From the NCBI RefSeq assembly GCF_028641065.1, contig NC_073399.1, forward strand, positions 4,774,001-4,838,000: a stretch of 64,000 bases of DNA, in the 5' to 3' direction. Positions 50,813 to 63,413 of the stretch are shown in pieces; the first letter of the stretch is position 1, and every line of letters begins with the position of its first letter. Made by a program: the position numbers and the translations under genes. Under the pieces are notes generated by a model. That model was not told where the DNA came from and did not search any database. It was given only the letters and a program-made list of their open reading frames with translations. The stretch is from Leucoraja erinacea (Eukaryota).

Positions 50813-52931
50813 TGCAACAGCTCCAATGACTATTCACCACATCCCAATGAAGTAGGATCGGAAAAGGGTCAAGTGAAGGCCGACCAAGAGTTTAAATGTG
50901 CATTGATCCCAGCTTTGCCAAGCGACAGAACACAGCTGTGAAAGATTTTTATTTGGATAACATGCAAAAAAATGGGGATGTTCTCAGGAACAATAACCAG
51001 GGAATAATCAGGGAGCGTGGTGAATCTGTGGAATTCTTTGCCACAGAAGGCTGTGGGGGCCAAGTCAGTGGATATTTTTTAAGGCAGAGATAGATAGAAT
51101 CTTGATTAGTGCGGGTGTGAGGGGTTATGGGGAGAAGGCAGGAGAATGGGGTTGAGGGGGAGAGTTAGATCAGCCATGATTGAATGGCAGAGTAAACTTG
51201 ATGGGACAGATGGCCTAATTCTGCTCCTATTATCACTTATGAACATTTGAAAAGGCTCCGTGAGATGTTAATGAAACACTATCATCATAGATTTTTGGTT
51301 AAACACAATTTGACAAACAGTTGAACTTTTTGACGAGGTAGCAAAGAAGGTTTGTGAAGGGAATGCAGGTTGGGTGTGGATTTTCAGAAGGCATTTGACA
51401 AAATTCTCACATGAAAGGCCAGCTAGCACATTGAATGTCCATGCTAAGGTCAGTTCTGAGAATAAGTTGAATTTCCATTCAGAAAGCAGAGAATTTAGTG
51501 AGTCATAGCTTTCCAGACCGCAGGATGAAGTGTTCTTTGAGGCATCTGTTCAAAGCAGTGGTTTTGATATAGATTCGTGAAATGGATTTGCACTTGCAAA
51601 AAAAACAACTCAATGGATGAAAAAAGCAGTGGGGAAGAAAACAATAGATTGGAAGAAAACAGTCTGAAAAAATAACAGCCAAGTGACATGACACTGACAT
51701 AGGCAAGAGATATTAGGCGTTAAATGAGCGTTTGAGTTGACCCACGAGGTACCCCGAGTTTAAAACAAATTTAACTCGTGGTAACTGCGTACAATTAACG
51801 TGGCGGGAACGTCGGAACTCGTGAACGCAACTTAGCGACTCGTGGCGCTAACGGCAGGTACCCGTGAAACTTTAAGATACCAGAAACATAAAATGACGTG
51901 GAGTCTACTGACTGGAAAAGGCGAGAGTTTGGGCTCGAAAGATTTTTGGAAAAAAGGAAGTCACCTTAAGGAGGAAGGACCCACTTGGCAGAAAGAATGA
52001 AGGAAGAAAATATATGCTAAATTGCAAGAGTGTGTATGGGCATTAATGTTTGTAAATGGCAGGAAATGGTCAGAGTATATGGCAAAGAACATGTTTAATA
52101 AAAGAGGGTGGTTATTTTAACATTTTTAAAGAAACTATTGGCTACAATACAACTGCAGTATTCCCACACACTGTGCTTGAAATTCAAAGAAATTTCTTCA
52201 TCAAAACAAAATTGAATTAATTTTACCGACTTGTAGGGCGAGGGAGATTTGATGAAGTGCTTTAGATGGGTAACATCAGCACACCACCCCTTCCTACACC
52301 CACCACACCTCCAAAACTGGCAGCTTGCCATCCACCCTCCCCAAGAGACAGATCCATCCAAAACATGTTTGAACCTCCAGCTTCTGCCAAGTTTAACAAA
52401 GAACCCGAGGGGGCTGCTAATTTGTACTCACATCTACTTATGGATTAAAAATGAATGATGCCAACACCTCAGACCCCAAGCAAACTAATTCCAATGAATT
52501 AATTGAACCATTCAACTTGCTCCCAGACTCTCCCTTAGCACAAAGTTCAACATAATCGAAAAACAAGTCATTTGCAATTTAAGTGGTTTTGCTGGTGCAG
52601 TAATAGTAAACATAGTCCAAAGCAATGCTTATCAGAAGCAGCACAATTCTTCCATGTTGCTGGCCTCGTGTCTGTTCTTAAACTTGCCGAACTGTTGAAC
52701 AGCGCTGTCCCCTGTACAAGCAAATAATCTTCACTAGTACCATTAAATTTGGTAGAGATTCAATAGTTCAATTTCAAGTGAGTTTATTGTCATGTGTCCC
52801 TGATAGGACAATGAAATTCTTGCTTTGCTTCAGCACAACAGAACATAGTGGGCATTTTCTACAAAACAGATCAGTGTGTCCATATACCATTGTATACATT
52901 TTAAGTTCATTAAGGAATAATATTGACAAAC

Positions 52932-53004
52932 CTCCTTCCCCTCAAACACAACACTCTTTCCTGCCTTCAAGGCAGCAACAATGGGACCAATGGCCGAGGT
53001 GCCT
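52932..53004 (-). CDS. ELAC2: ELAC2 exon 10 (73 bp)
   Basis: GTSAIGPIVAALKAGKSVVFEGKE (flexible arm/exosite). Confidence 0.93.
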
Positions 53005-53136
53005 CTGAAACATGAAAAGTGCAAACATTGCTGTCAAATAAATGAGTCCATAAAATGGTAAATAAACAAGGAAATAAAACCAGAATTTTAAATCAAAGGT
53101 GGTCACATTAGAGCATTGAATGCGACAAGGTACATA

Positions 53137-53405
53137 CAGTGCCCTCCACAATGTTTGTGATAAAGACCCATCATTTATTTATTTGCCTCTGTACTCTACA
53201 ATTTGAGATTTGTAATAGAAAAAAATGACATGTGGTTAAAGTGCACATTGTCAGATTTTATTAAAGGGTATTTTTTATACATTTTGCTTTCACCATGTAG
53301 AAATTACAGCTGTGTTTATACATAATCCCCCCATTTCAGGGCACCACAATGTTTGGGACACATGTGTTTGTAATTGCTCAGGTGTGTTTTAAATGTCTCC
53401 TTAAT
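53137..53405 (+). mobile_element. Left TIR of the second Tc1 family
   Basis: TA|CAGTGCCCTCCA...; reverse complement of 40230-40441; another piece at 24687-24815. Confidence 0.85.
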
Positions 53406-53579
53406 GTGTTTTTTTGGTATGACTGTCTGACAAATCGAGTTCTTTGGAAGTATTTACATACTTGGGTAATTAATTAATTACAATTACAATTTAATATTGT
53501 TATGAATACAAATTTGTGCTGTCGGCATTTCAGAGGTGAAAGAATTAAAGGTACAAAAGATGAAATCCTTACTACTTAC

Positions 53580-53638
53580 ACTGGAAGACCAAGCTCCTTT
53601 GCCTTCATAACAAGGAAATTTCCTTTCTTAGGGTGAAG
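53580..53638 (-). CDS. ELAC2: ELAC2 exon 9 (59 bp)
   Basis: LHPKKGNFLVMKAKELGLP. Confidence 0.94.
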
Positions 53639-54199
53639 CTGCAAATGAACAGAGTATCAAGACTGAGTAAAGTTCATAAGCTCATAAGTGATAGGAGTAG
53701 AAGTAGGCCATCAAGTCTCCTCTGACATTCAATCATGGCTGATCTATCTCTCCCTCCTAAGCCCATTCACCTGCCTTCTCCCCAAAACCTCTGACACCTG
53801 TAATAATCAAAGGCCCTTTCTGTTCCCTATGATCGGAGCCCTAAATCGGTGCACTCAGAATCAGTGAATGGTTCAGTAGATTTGACCCACTTTGTCAGTG
53901 CTGGCTCTGTGAAAGAGACATCCAATAATGTTATTCCTCTCCTCCTACCCCACAGCTCTGGCTGATTGAAAGCATGAAGCTCATCAAGTCCACGCCAACT
54001 GTTGATCACTCCTTCACACTAATTGAATGAATGAATGAATGCACGAATGAATAAGTTTATTGGCCAAGTATTCACATACAAGGAATTTGCCTTGGTGCTC
54101 CGCCTGCAAGTGGCAATGACATACAGTGAGTTAGGAATTCTATGCTATCCCACTTTCTCAGCCACTCCCTACACATTTAGGACAAATTACAGCAGTCAT

Positions 54200-54492
54200 T
54201 TTAAGGTTAAGAGGGGAGTCTTTTAGGACCGAGATGAGAAAATCATTTTTTACACAGAGAGTGGTGAATCTGTGGAATTCTCTGCCACAGAAGGTAGTTG
54301 AGGCCAGTTCATTGGCTATATTTAAGAGGGAGTTAGATGTGGCCCTTGTGGCTAAAGGGATCGGGGGGTATGGAGAGAAGGCAGGGATGGGATACCGAGT
54401 TGGATGATCAGCCATGATCATATTGAATGGCGGTGCAGGCTTGAAGGGCCGAATGGCCTACTCCTGCACCTATTTTCTATGTTTCTCTGTTT
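54200..54492 (+). mobile_element. CR1 LINE 3' end
   Basis: Similarity to other CR1 copies. Confidence 0.85.
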
Positions 54493-55080
54493 CTAACCTC
54501 CTAGCCTGGAATGTAGAAGCAAGGAACTGCAGATGCTGGTTTACAAATGAAGTGCTGGAGTATCTCAGCGGGTCAGGAGGCATCTCAGAACAAAGATAGC
54601 AATGTTTTGGGTTGGGACCCTTCTTCAGATACCTTCAGATGTGAAGTCTGAAGAAGGGTCCCAATCTGACATGTCACCTATCGATATTCTCCTGACATGC
54701 CACCTGACCCGGTGAGGTACTGCAGCACTCTGTGTCCTCCAACACATAAACCCACGTCTTAGGATATGGGAGAAATCTGGAAGAAACCCACACGGTCGCA
54801 GGAAGAACGTGCACACTCCGCAAATACAGCACCCGAGGTCAGGATCGAACCCAGGTCTCTAGCGCCATGACACAGCCGCTCTACCAACTGTGCCGCTGGT
54901 AATTATTCCTTTTTCCAGTTTCAATTCACTTCCCTTTTGAAAGTGACACTGAATATGCTTCCACAAATTCGTTCAGATGGCATGCTGCAGATAGCACCAA
55001 ATGGCTACACATGTATACGTTAAAAAGAATCACTACATCTTTGCCTCTGTTATATTGGAAGAAGTCTTAAATCTCTGTTG

Positions 55081-55387
55081 GTACACAAAAATGCTGGAGA
55101 AACTCAGCGGGTGCAGCAGCATCTATGGAGCGAAGGAAATAGGCAACGTTTCAGGCCGAAACCCTTCCGGGTTTCGGCCCGAAACGTTGCCTATTTCCCG
55201 GGTTTCGGCCCGAAACGTTGCCTATTTCCTTCCGGGTTTCGGCCCGAAACGTTGCCTATTTCCTTCCGGGTTTCGGCCTGAAACGTTGCCTATTTCCTTC
55301 GCTCCAATAGATGCTGCTGCACCCGCTGAGTTTTCTCCAGCATTTTTGTGTACCTTCGATTTTCCAGCATCTGCAGCTCCTTCTTAT
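55081..55387. mobile_element. Penelope-derived foldback element with internal tandem amplification
   Basis: Flanked by atctctgttg repeats; four tandem gggtttcggcccgaaacgttgcctatttcc units. Confidence 0.85.
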
Positions 55388-55563
55388 ATCTCTGTTGCCT
55401 GATTACAAACTCCTTTGCCAGATCTGCATCATCAACTTCCTCCACTAAATCGGTGCACTCAGAATCAGTGAATGATTCAATAGTCCACCAGAAGTCCACC
55501 AAAACCACTCCAGTGACTTCAAATGATATTATCCCTGGTTCAAACCAAGGAGAAAACACCTAC

Positions 55564-55619
55564 CTTGCAAACAAAAGCCACTACCAGGGAAGGATCTCTT
55601 GATTTTTTTGGGCTTCTTT
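55564..55619 (-). CDS. ELAC2: ELAC2 exon 8 (56 bp)
   Basis: RSPKKSRDPSLVVAFVCK|GTaggt. Confidence 0.92.
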
Positions 55620-55717
55620 CTAGAAGAAAATAGACACACTAAACGTAAACATTTCAGAATGAAATCTAGGTCATTACATCTCCTTCCCAAACAACTGCTT
55701 CTCAGTGCTGTTGTCCG

Positions 55718-56252
55718 ATAGAGTTGCTGCCTTACAGCGCTTGCAACACCGCACACCCGGGTTCGATCCCGACTGCACGGAGTTTGTACGTTCTCCCCGT
55801 GACCGTGTGGGGTTTCCCCGAGATCTTCCTTTCCTCCCACACTCTAAAGATATTTTTTTCACACACAGAGAGTGGTGAATCTCTGGAACTCTCTGCCACA
55901 GAGGGTAGTTGAGGCCAGTTCATTGGCTATATTTAAGAGGGAGTTAGATGTGGCCCTTGTGGCTAAAGGGATCAGGGGGTATGGAGAGAAGGCAGGTACG
56001 GGATACTGAGTTGGATGATCAGCCATGATCATATTGAATGGCGGTGCAGGCTCGAAGGGCCGAATGGCCTACTCCTGCACCTAATTTCTATGTTTCTATT
56101 ACCTACAAACCTCCATAGGTTAGTAGGTAAATTGGCTTGGTAAATGTAAACATTGTCCCTGGCGTGTGTAGGATAATGTTAATATGCAGGGATCGCTGGT
56201 CGGCGCGGACTCGGTGGGCCAAAGGGCCTGTTTCCACGCTGTATCTGTATCT
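55718..56252 (+). mobile_element. HE1-like V-SINE interrupted by a CR1 3' end (about 55853-56098)
   Basis: SINE head/core 55718-55850, SINE tail 56115-56252, CR1 UTR between. Confidence 0.75.
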
Positions 56253-56905
56253 CTGAACGAAACAAGGTGGATTCGAGATAAATTGGGCTCATGGCTTGCT
56301 GCCACATTTTCTCTGCAAAAGGACCTTCTCTGTTCCACTGCCTCACTCTGATCTATTCCCAACCCACTTTCTAACAGTAATTGGTCTCTCATTCCTGGGT
56401 CCACCAATGTAGCTGGTGACCATGACGGATAACTTGTCACCAGATCTAGATTGAGATCTAGATCCAGATCTAGGTTCATTTGGAACTTGTTATTGCAACG
56501 CAGAGACACAAAGACCCTCAGAAGTCATCATTTTCTGCGTAGGTTCATTTACTAGCTAAGAAAAAGCAGCTCTGGAAAAACAAAATATCAATTGTTTTTA
56601 AGAAGATTAAAAAAAAAAAAAAAAAAAGCTAAATTTACAGATTCTAAACTAAAATAAAGAAGGAAGTTGCTCAGCAGGTCGGGCAGCATCTGGAGTGGAA
56701 AATAGCATCTATCATTTGGGCAAATGTTATCACAAATGACTAGTTACATGGTAATTCTAAGAGCACTTTGCCTAAAGGACCACACAAATCATCCACACAA
56801 TTAATTACTCCGTTCCCAATCTTATCAAAGATGCTTTAGAAAAAAAAAAAAACACACAATTCTGTGGAGAGTTTGATGCATGCACAGATTGTATGCAAGT
56901 TGTAC

Positions 56906-57025
56906 CTGGATTGTCATTTTGCTTTTCCGGCAGGTGATCCCCAGAATCTTTCCGTTGCCGCTTTGTAGATTTCGGTGAACTTGATTGTCCAGGGGACCCT
57001 GGGGATTTCTTGAAGTCCAGTTTGG
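56906..57025 (-). CDS. ELAC2: ELAC2 exon 7 (120 bp), low-complexity linker
   Basis: ttgcAG|KLDFKKSPGSPGQSSSPKSTKRQRKDSGDHLPEKQNDNP|GTacaa; phase 1-1 fits neighbours. Confidence 0.8.
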
Positions 57026-59179
57026 CTGCAATTAAAGAATAGATGTTGTCCACACTTTGAGCATTTGTTGGCTGCTAAGTGGACATAATAAACTACAGCA
57101 CCCACGCTAAGGATCATCATCGGTGCCCCGCTCCCTGCCATGGATGCCCTCCACCGAAAACGGTGTTTGAGACGGGCCTCGGAAGATCATCAAAGACCCC
57201 ACACACCCCAACCATGGACTGTTTGCCCTCCTCCCATCAGGGAGGCGGTACAGGAGCCTCAGGTCACGTACTAGTAGGATGAGGAAAAGCTTCTACAACA
57301 ACACAATCACACTGCTGAACTCGGAGTCCCAACGATAGATTTCTCTGGTCCCTCCGTCCCCTTTGTTTAATCATTCTGTATTTCCTGATTATTCTGTATC
57401 TTCCCTCTTTCTATCTTTTTTGTTTTTCTTTATGTACAACTACTACGGACTGACGCAAAACTGCATTTCGTTGTACTGACACTTGTATTTGTGCGATGAC
57501 ATTAAAGTTGAATTGAATTGAATTGAATTGAAAAGGATCAAACCCGGGTCCCTACAGCTCTGAGGCAGCGACACTATAGTCTGCTCAACGATGTGGTCTT
57601 CCCTGTCCTCCTTCACCCCTCTATTGAACGTCCATGAATGCAGAATATACAAACCATACGGGCAGGTTGGACCAACAGGTAGAAATTGCATTGAACACAT
57701 TCACAACAAACAAGTCATTGCAATCATACAACTCTTTATGTTTTCCATATTGACAAAGGTGTCAATACTTTACATAATAAAAAATCTGCAGCTAAGACAT
57801 CACAAATTAATTCACCACAAACATGAGTCAAATGCAGTTTCTATACAAATAAACGTTACGATTACTCAAATGATGGCTTTGCAATAACATTGCAGAATCC
57901 ATCACTGCCAGCTTTGCCACAATGGAAAATGTGTTGCGTTCCATTTGAAATGTCCCACCTGTTGTATCCATGTTCCTATCCAAATGTCCTTTAAATATCG
58001 TGATGGCATTTGCCTAAATCACTTGTGTAAGAAGGAACTACAGATGCTGGTTTAAACCTAAGAGAGACACAAATTGCTGGAGTAACTCAGCGGGACAGGC
58101 GGCAACTCTGGAGAGAAGGAACGGGTGACGTTTCGGGTCGAGACCCTTCTTCTCTCCAGAGATGCTGCCTGTCCCACTGAGTTACTCAAACACTTTGCCT
58201 CCATCTTGCTTAAACTGTTTCTTCCAGTAGCTCCTTCCACACCCTCTGTGTGAAAAGATTGCCCCTCCGGTTCCTATTAAATCTTTCCCCCTCATCTTAA
58301 ACCTATGTCCTCTAGGTCTCGTAGATAGACACAAAGAGCTGGAGTAACTCAGCGGGACAGGCAGCATCTCTGGAGAGAGGGAATGGGTGACGTTTCGGGT
58401 CGTGACCTTTAGCGAAATCTCCTCGCTGTCGATTCCCCAACCCTGGATAACTGAGCTGTGTGCATTCACTTAGATATCGCTTTTGTAGTTTGGTCATTTA
58501 ACACAAAACAAAAGGTAACATTGTAAACATTCATTGCAATCAATAAAAGGTCATTTCTAGAGATTTTGGTACTGTATTCTTGGAGTGTATTGCTAAATTA
58601 ATCAGACAGCTTGACGTGGAGTCTACCAGTATAATTTTCTCCGAAGCATTCTTGTTTTGAGTTTAGGGAACAGAATTTCAGGAAGACATTTGTGAAACAT
58701 TTTCTGGAGATCAAGACTCAATCAGCTGCTGTGTTTCTAATGTCCAGTCTGTATCTCATCCACAGCCAAATAAATTGATCAGGGTTTAAAATTAATGTTA
58801 GCAGCAAGTCACGCCTCGATGCTGTTGAGGTGAGAAAACCTTCAAATTGAACATTTAAATAGGTGAAAAGGTGGGAAAAATATTTAATATGCAGGCACCC
58901 TTAATTTCTTTTTTAAAAGCACATGCTATGAATTAAACCCACAGACCTTGAAATGAAAGGTGCATAGAATCTCAATTATGATCGAGTACAGAGAACGCTA
59001 TTCAATTTGCCCTGAGGGGCAACAATTGAAGCTGTTCTCGGCTGGCTTAATCTAGATTAACCAGTGGCCAACTGGCTGAGTTTGGCCATCGCTACTAGTA
59101 ACCATCTCTTCTTATTCAAAAGAGGCCAAGTTAAGCAACACAAGATACAGCTGGAAGTGGAACAGGAGAAATAGCTTAC

Positions 59180-59248
59180 CAAATATGGGCACCTGATACA
59201 CAGCCATAGTATCATCAACATAGTGTGGCTCTGTGTAAGGGCGTACAG
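59180..59248 (-). CDS. ELAC2: ELAC2 exon 6 (69 bp)
   Basis: VRPYTEPHYVDDTMAVYQVPIF. Confidence 0.93.
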
Positions 59249-59333
59249 CTGAAGTGACAGAGAGAGAATGTGTTAAGTACTTGAATATTCATACAGGCAG
59301 CAGTACTGCAATCATTATATCCATGCGTCCTAC

Positions 59334-59391
59334 CTAAATCTATTCCTTGTAGCGAGCCAGAGAATGTTCTTATCGCTGCCAAGTATTGCTC
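59334..59391 (-). CDS. ELAC2: ELAC2 exon 5 (58 bp)
   Basis: EQYLAAIRTFSGSLQGIDL. Confidence 0.92.
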
Positions 59392-59599
59392 CTTTCCAGG
59401 GGAAATAAAGGGAAAATGGTATTAATTGATTTACAGTTATTAGTTTTAACTTAGCTAATGTAGAACATAGAGTTACATTGTGGAAACAGGCCCTTCGGCC
59501 CAACTTGACTACACCAGCCAACATCTCCCCTCTACACTAGTCTCACCTGCCTGTGTTAGGCCCAAATCCCTCTAAACATGCCCTATCCATGTACCTGTT

Positions 59600-59929
59600 T
59601 GAGAAGGAACTCCAGATGCTGGAAAATCGAAGGTAGACAAAAATGCTGAAGAATCTCAACGGGCGCAGCAGCATCTATGGAGCGAAGGAAATAGGCAACG
59701 TTTCGGCACGAAACGTTGCCTATTTCCTTCGCTCCATAGATGCTGCTGCACCCGCTGAGTCTCTCCAGCATTTTTGTCTACTTTCGATTTTCTAGCATCT
59801 GCAGTTTTTTCTTAAACATAAATAAATGCAGTTTTATTTGGTCTGAAAGTCGTCCAACGAAACGTTGCCTATTTCCTTCGCTCCATAGATGCTGCTGCAC
59901 CCGCTGAGTCTCTCCAGCATTTTTGTGTA
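59600..59929. mobile_element. Penelope-derived three-armed foldback insertion inside a CR1 tail
   Basis: Flanked by ctatccatgYacctgt repeats; long inverted arms. Confidence 0.8.
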
Positions 59930-60029
59930 CTATCCATGCACCTGTCTAAATGTGTCTTAAACATTGTGATAATACCTGCCTCAACTACCTCCTCCGGCAG
60001 GTCGTTCCACACACCCGGAAAGCCGGAAA

Positions 60030-61050
60030 TATCCAGGATCTCAAGCTCTGTGCCGAACAACTGACACCAGTCTACACAGACATATTCAACCAGTCCCTGC
60101 AAACCTGCACTGTCCCTGCTTGCTTCAAAGTCTCCACTATTGTTCCCTTACCCAAAAAGACAAGGATTACTGGTCTTAATGATTACAGACCTGTCACACT
60201 GACCTCTGTAGTCATGACGACTCTTGAAAGGCTTGTGCTGGCCCACCTGAAAAATATCACAAACCCCCTGCTGGACCCCCAACAATTTGCATATTGGGCC
60301 ATTAGATCAGTGGATTTCATTCCATCCTCCAGCACCTAGCCCGCTAGGGGATCTATGCAAGGATTGTTTGTGGATTTTAGCTCTGCATTCAACACCGTTG
60401 TGCCAGAGCTACTACACTCCAAACTTTCCCAGTTGACTGTGCCTGAACCCCTCTGTCAGTGGATCATCAACTTCCTGACCGACAGGAAGAAGCATGTGAG
60501 GCTGGGAAAGCACATCTTGGACACGTTGACCCTCAGCATAGGAGCACCACAAGGCTGTGTACTCTCCCCTCCCCTTTACTCTCTCTACACCAACGACTCA
60601 GACCTCCGTCAAGCTTCTCAAGTTTGCGGACGACACATCCCTGATTGGGCTGATCAAGGATGGGGAGGAATCTGCCTACAGACAGGAAGTGACTCAGCTG
60701 GCATCCTGCTGCCATCGCAACAACCTGGTGCTCAATGCTCTTAAGACAGTGGAATTGACTGTAGACTTTAGTAGAGCTCCCCTCCCCTCCCCTCCCCCCA
60801 CTCACCATCAACAACGCCAGTCACATCTGTGGAGTAATTTAAGTTCCTTGGAACCATCATCTCCAAGGACCTTAAATGGGAGGCCACCATCGACTCCACA
60901 GCCAAAAAGTCCCAACAGAGGATGTACTTCCTGCGGCAGCTGAGAAAAAACAATCTGCCACAGGCAATGATGGTCCAGTTTTACACTCCCATTCTAGAGT
61001 CTATCCTCACTTTCTCCATCATGGTCTGGTTTGGCTCAGCCACCAACATT
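60030..61050 (+). mobile_element. Rex1/Babar-type non-LTR retrotransposon reverse transcriptase, frameshifted
   Basis: [41 protein letters not shown] spread over several frames. Confidence 0.88.
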
Positions 61051-61053
61051 TAC

Positions 61054-61090
61054 AGGGTCTGAGGAAGGGTTTCGGCCCGAAACGTCGCCT
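61054..61090 (+). ncRNA. Minimal hammerhead ribozyme motif in short Penelope-derived insertion
   Basis: GGGU CUGAGGA A GGGU(UUCG)GCCC GAAA CGUC GCCU; insertion flanked by caacattta repeats. Confidence 0.7.
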
Positions 61091-61557
61091 ATTTCCTTCG
61101 CTCCATAGATGCTGCTGCACCCGCTGAGTTTCTCCAGCAATTTTGTGTACCATCAACATTTAATGTTTTATTTTTAATTGGCTACTACTGTATATGGTGT
61201 TGTTACTTGTGAGCAAAGCACCAAGGCAAATTCCTTGTATGTATACATAACTTGGCTAATAAAATGTATCCAATTCAATTCAATCAATAACACCATATGC
61301 CAAGTCTGTTCAGCCTTCAGAACAAGAAGCAACTAGTAAAGCCTATAGTCAGTTAAGATACCAAAGAGTAACCATATCCAACACCACCTTGAATAATTCC
61401 AAGTCTTCAATTGAAGAGCAGATTAACATGTTAAATGGCCAACAACCCATGTTTGTATCCTCTCTGATACGACTGCCAGCTAAAAATGAAGTGCATACTG
61501 GGGCTAATGTCCCACTGCCTAATTTGCTCACAACCCAATAATCCACTTGCTACTCAC

Positions 61558-61622
61558 AAATTGTGGTGGTCCGGAAAAGACACATTTGGGAACCCCGGTG
61601 TCCTTCAATGTCAAAATCAAAC
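61558..61622 (-). CDS. ELAC2: ELAC2 exon 4 (65 bp)
   Basis: GLILTLKDTGVPKCVFSGPPQF. Confidence 0.95.
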
Positions 61623-61794
61623 CTGGAGAAAACATGTTTAAAAAGACGGCATTAGTCCTTGCGGTAGTTGAAGCGAAGGATGCCAACTGATTTTGTCTGT
61701 TCCCTGATCCACACCAACTTAAGAAGCCAAGCAAATTACTTAGTTGCAATCAATCCCACTCAGGCCAACTCAGAATGGCTTTTTTAAAGTTTTT

Positions 61795-62057
61795 TTTTTA
61801 GAGATACAGCACGGAAATAGGCCCATCGGCCCACCGAGTCCGCGCCAACACGAGGAATAATTTTACATTTACAGCAAGTCAATTAACCTACAAACCTGCA
61901 CGTCTTTGTAGTGTGGGCGAAAACCGAAGATCTTGGAAAAAACCCACGCAGGTCACGGGGAGAACGTACAAACTCCATACAGACAAGCACCCATAGTCAG
62001 GATCAAGCCCAGGTCTCCGGCGCTGTAAGGCGACAGGTAGCTCTACCGCTGCACCAT
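61795..62057 (-). mobile_element. HE1-like V-SINE followed by CR1 tail (62058-62182)
   Basis: Similarity to other copies; (AGAAACAT)n CR1 tail adjacent. Confidence 0.8.
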
Positions 62058-62633
62058 CATAGAAACATAGAAACATAGAAAATAGGTGCAGGAGTAGGCC
62101 ATTCGGCCCTTCGAGCCTGCACCGCCATTCAATATGATCATGGCTGATCATCCAACTCAGTATCCTGTACCTGCTTTCTCTCCTAATCATGGGTATAAAA
62201 ATGATACACACAAGTAACGAACAAGACACTGAAGTCCCCACCCACACAGCCATCTGACCCCACTGTTTCAGCACAGGAGACTCATGGCTAATGGAATCAA
62301 GGGATTATGTGGAGAGCAGGGTACTGATTTTGGATGATCAGTCATGATCACATTGAATGGCAGTGCTGGCTCAAAGGGCCTACTCCCGCAGTTATTTTCT
62401 ATGTTTCTATACATTTCCATTGTACTCCTCTGGATCGGCACACAAGAGGGCCTGACCCTGAAGTAATTTAGCACAAACAATTCAGCTCTCTGAAACATTT
62501 CCTCAATCCTCGTGTCAAAGTCATCCAGGCACAGTTGCTAGAAATCAAAATTCGTAAATCCCTTCCCTTCCAAAAAAAATAAACTTGCCACTCAAATTCA
62601 AAATGAATCCTTACAGAACATCCAAGTTCCTAC

Positions 62634-62704
62634 CAGATAATCCTCCAACATTGTTCCAACTCATCCTGGTCACAAACACGTTGTCGAGACGAGAAATCTT
62701 TAGC
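62634..62704 (-). CDS. ELAC2: ELAC2 exon 3 (71 bp)
   Basis: [23 protein letters not shown]. Confidence 0.95.
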
Positions 62705-62809
62705 CTGTAAGAGAGAACAAAATTATTTTGTAAATAGTTTGTCACCCATTCTCAAATATGGAGTGATGTTTGAGCCAAGCGTTTGATCAGACCGAGAGAG
62801 AATCCTTAC

Positions 62810-62860
62810 TTGTGTTCCTGCATCAGTCTCTGTGTCCCTTCACCACAGTTGAAGAGATAT
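62810..62860 (-). CDS. ELAC2: ELAC2 exon 2 (51 bp); exon 1 lies outside the window
   Basis: YLFNCGEGTQRLMQEH. Confidence 0.95.
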
Positions 62861-63227
62861 CTGCAATACAAGCACAGATCAAAATGGCCATTGGGCCCAA
62901 AGTTGTCTTGATACAACTCGCTAATTATTGATCAGAACTCTCCATCAGTAAAACTAAATTGGCGGCATAAAAGCGTTCAATGGCCCCAAATAAAAAGAAA
63001 ATTGCTTTCCCGGAAAACACCAGCATATAATCAAGTCACAGTCTCCTTTATGCTACAATAACTTTGAAGTAAAAAACCGTCACCATGTTTTGCACTAGTT
63101 TGTGCAAACTTTAACAAAAAGTATTGGTAAGTACACTACTGCCATCCAGTGGCAGTCTAGCTGCATGCATCCATTCTTCATGCAGAATTCACAGTGTAGC
63201 TTTTGTCTCCAGCATGCTGATAATGCA

Positions 63228-63413
63228 GGTTACACAAAAAAGCTGGAGAAACTCAGCGGGTGCAGCAGCATCTATGGAGCGAAGGAAATAGGCAACGTTT
63301 CGGCCCGAAACGTTGCCTATTTCCTTCGCTCCATAGATGCTGCTGCACCCGCTGAGTTTCTCCAGCTTTTTTGTGTAACCTTCGATTCTCTAGCATCTGC
63401 AGTTCCCTCTTAA
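63228..63413. mobile_element. Penelope-derived perfect palindrome insertion
   Basis: 14-bp TSD atgctgataatgca (63214-27 / 63414-27); about 76-bp arms centred on 63304. Confidence 0.9.

Noticed and set aside
53850-53995. Intronic C/D box snoRNA (TGATGA...CTGA on the ELAC2 sense strand)
   Set aside because: Box C lacks the purine, terminal stem geometry is not canonical, and the TGATGA context resembles a CR1 tail
56440-56476. LDLDLD-encoding ORF and AGATCT repeats
   Set aside because: Simple intronic microsatellite
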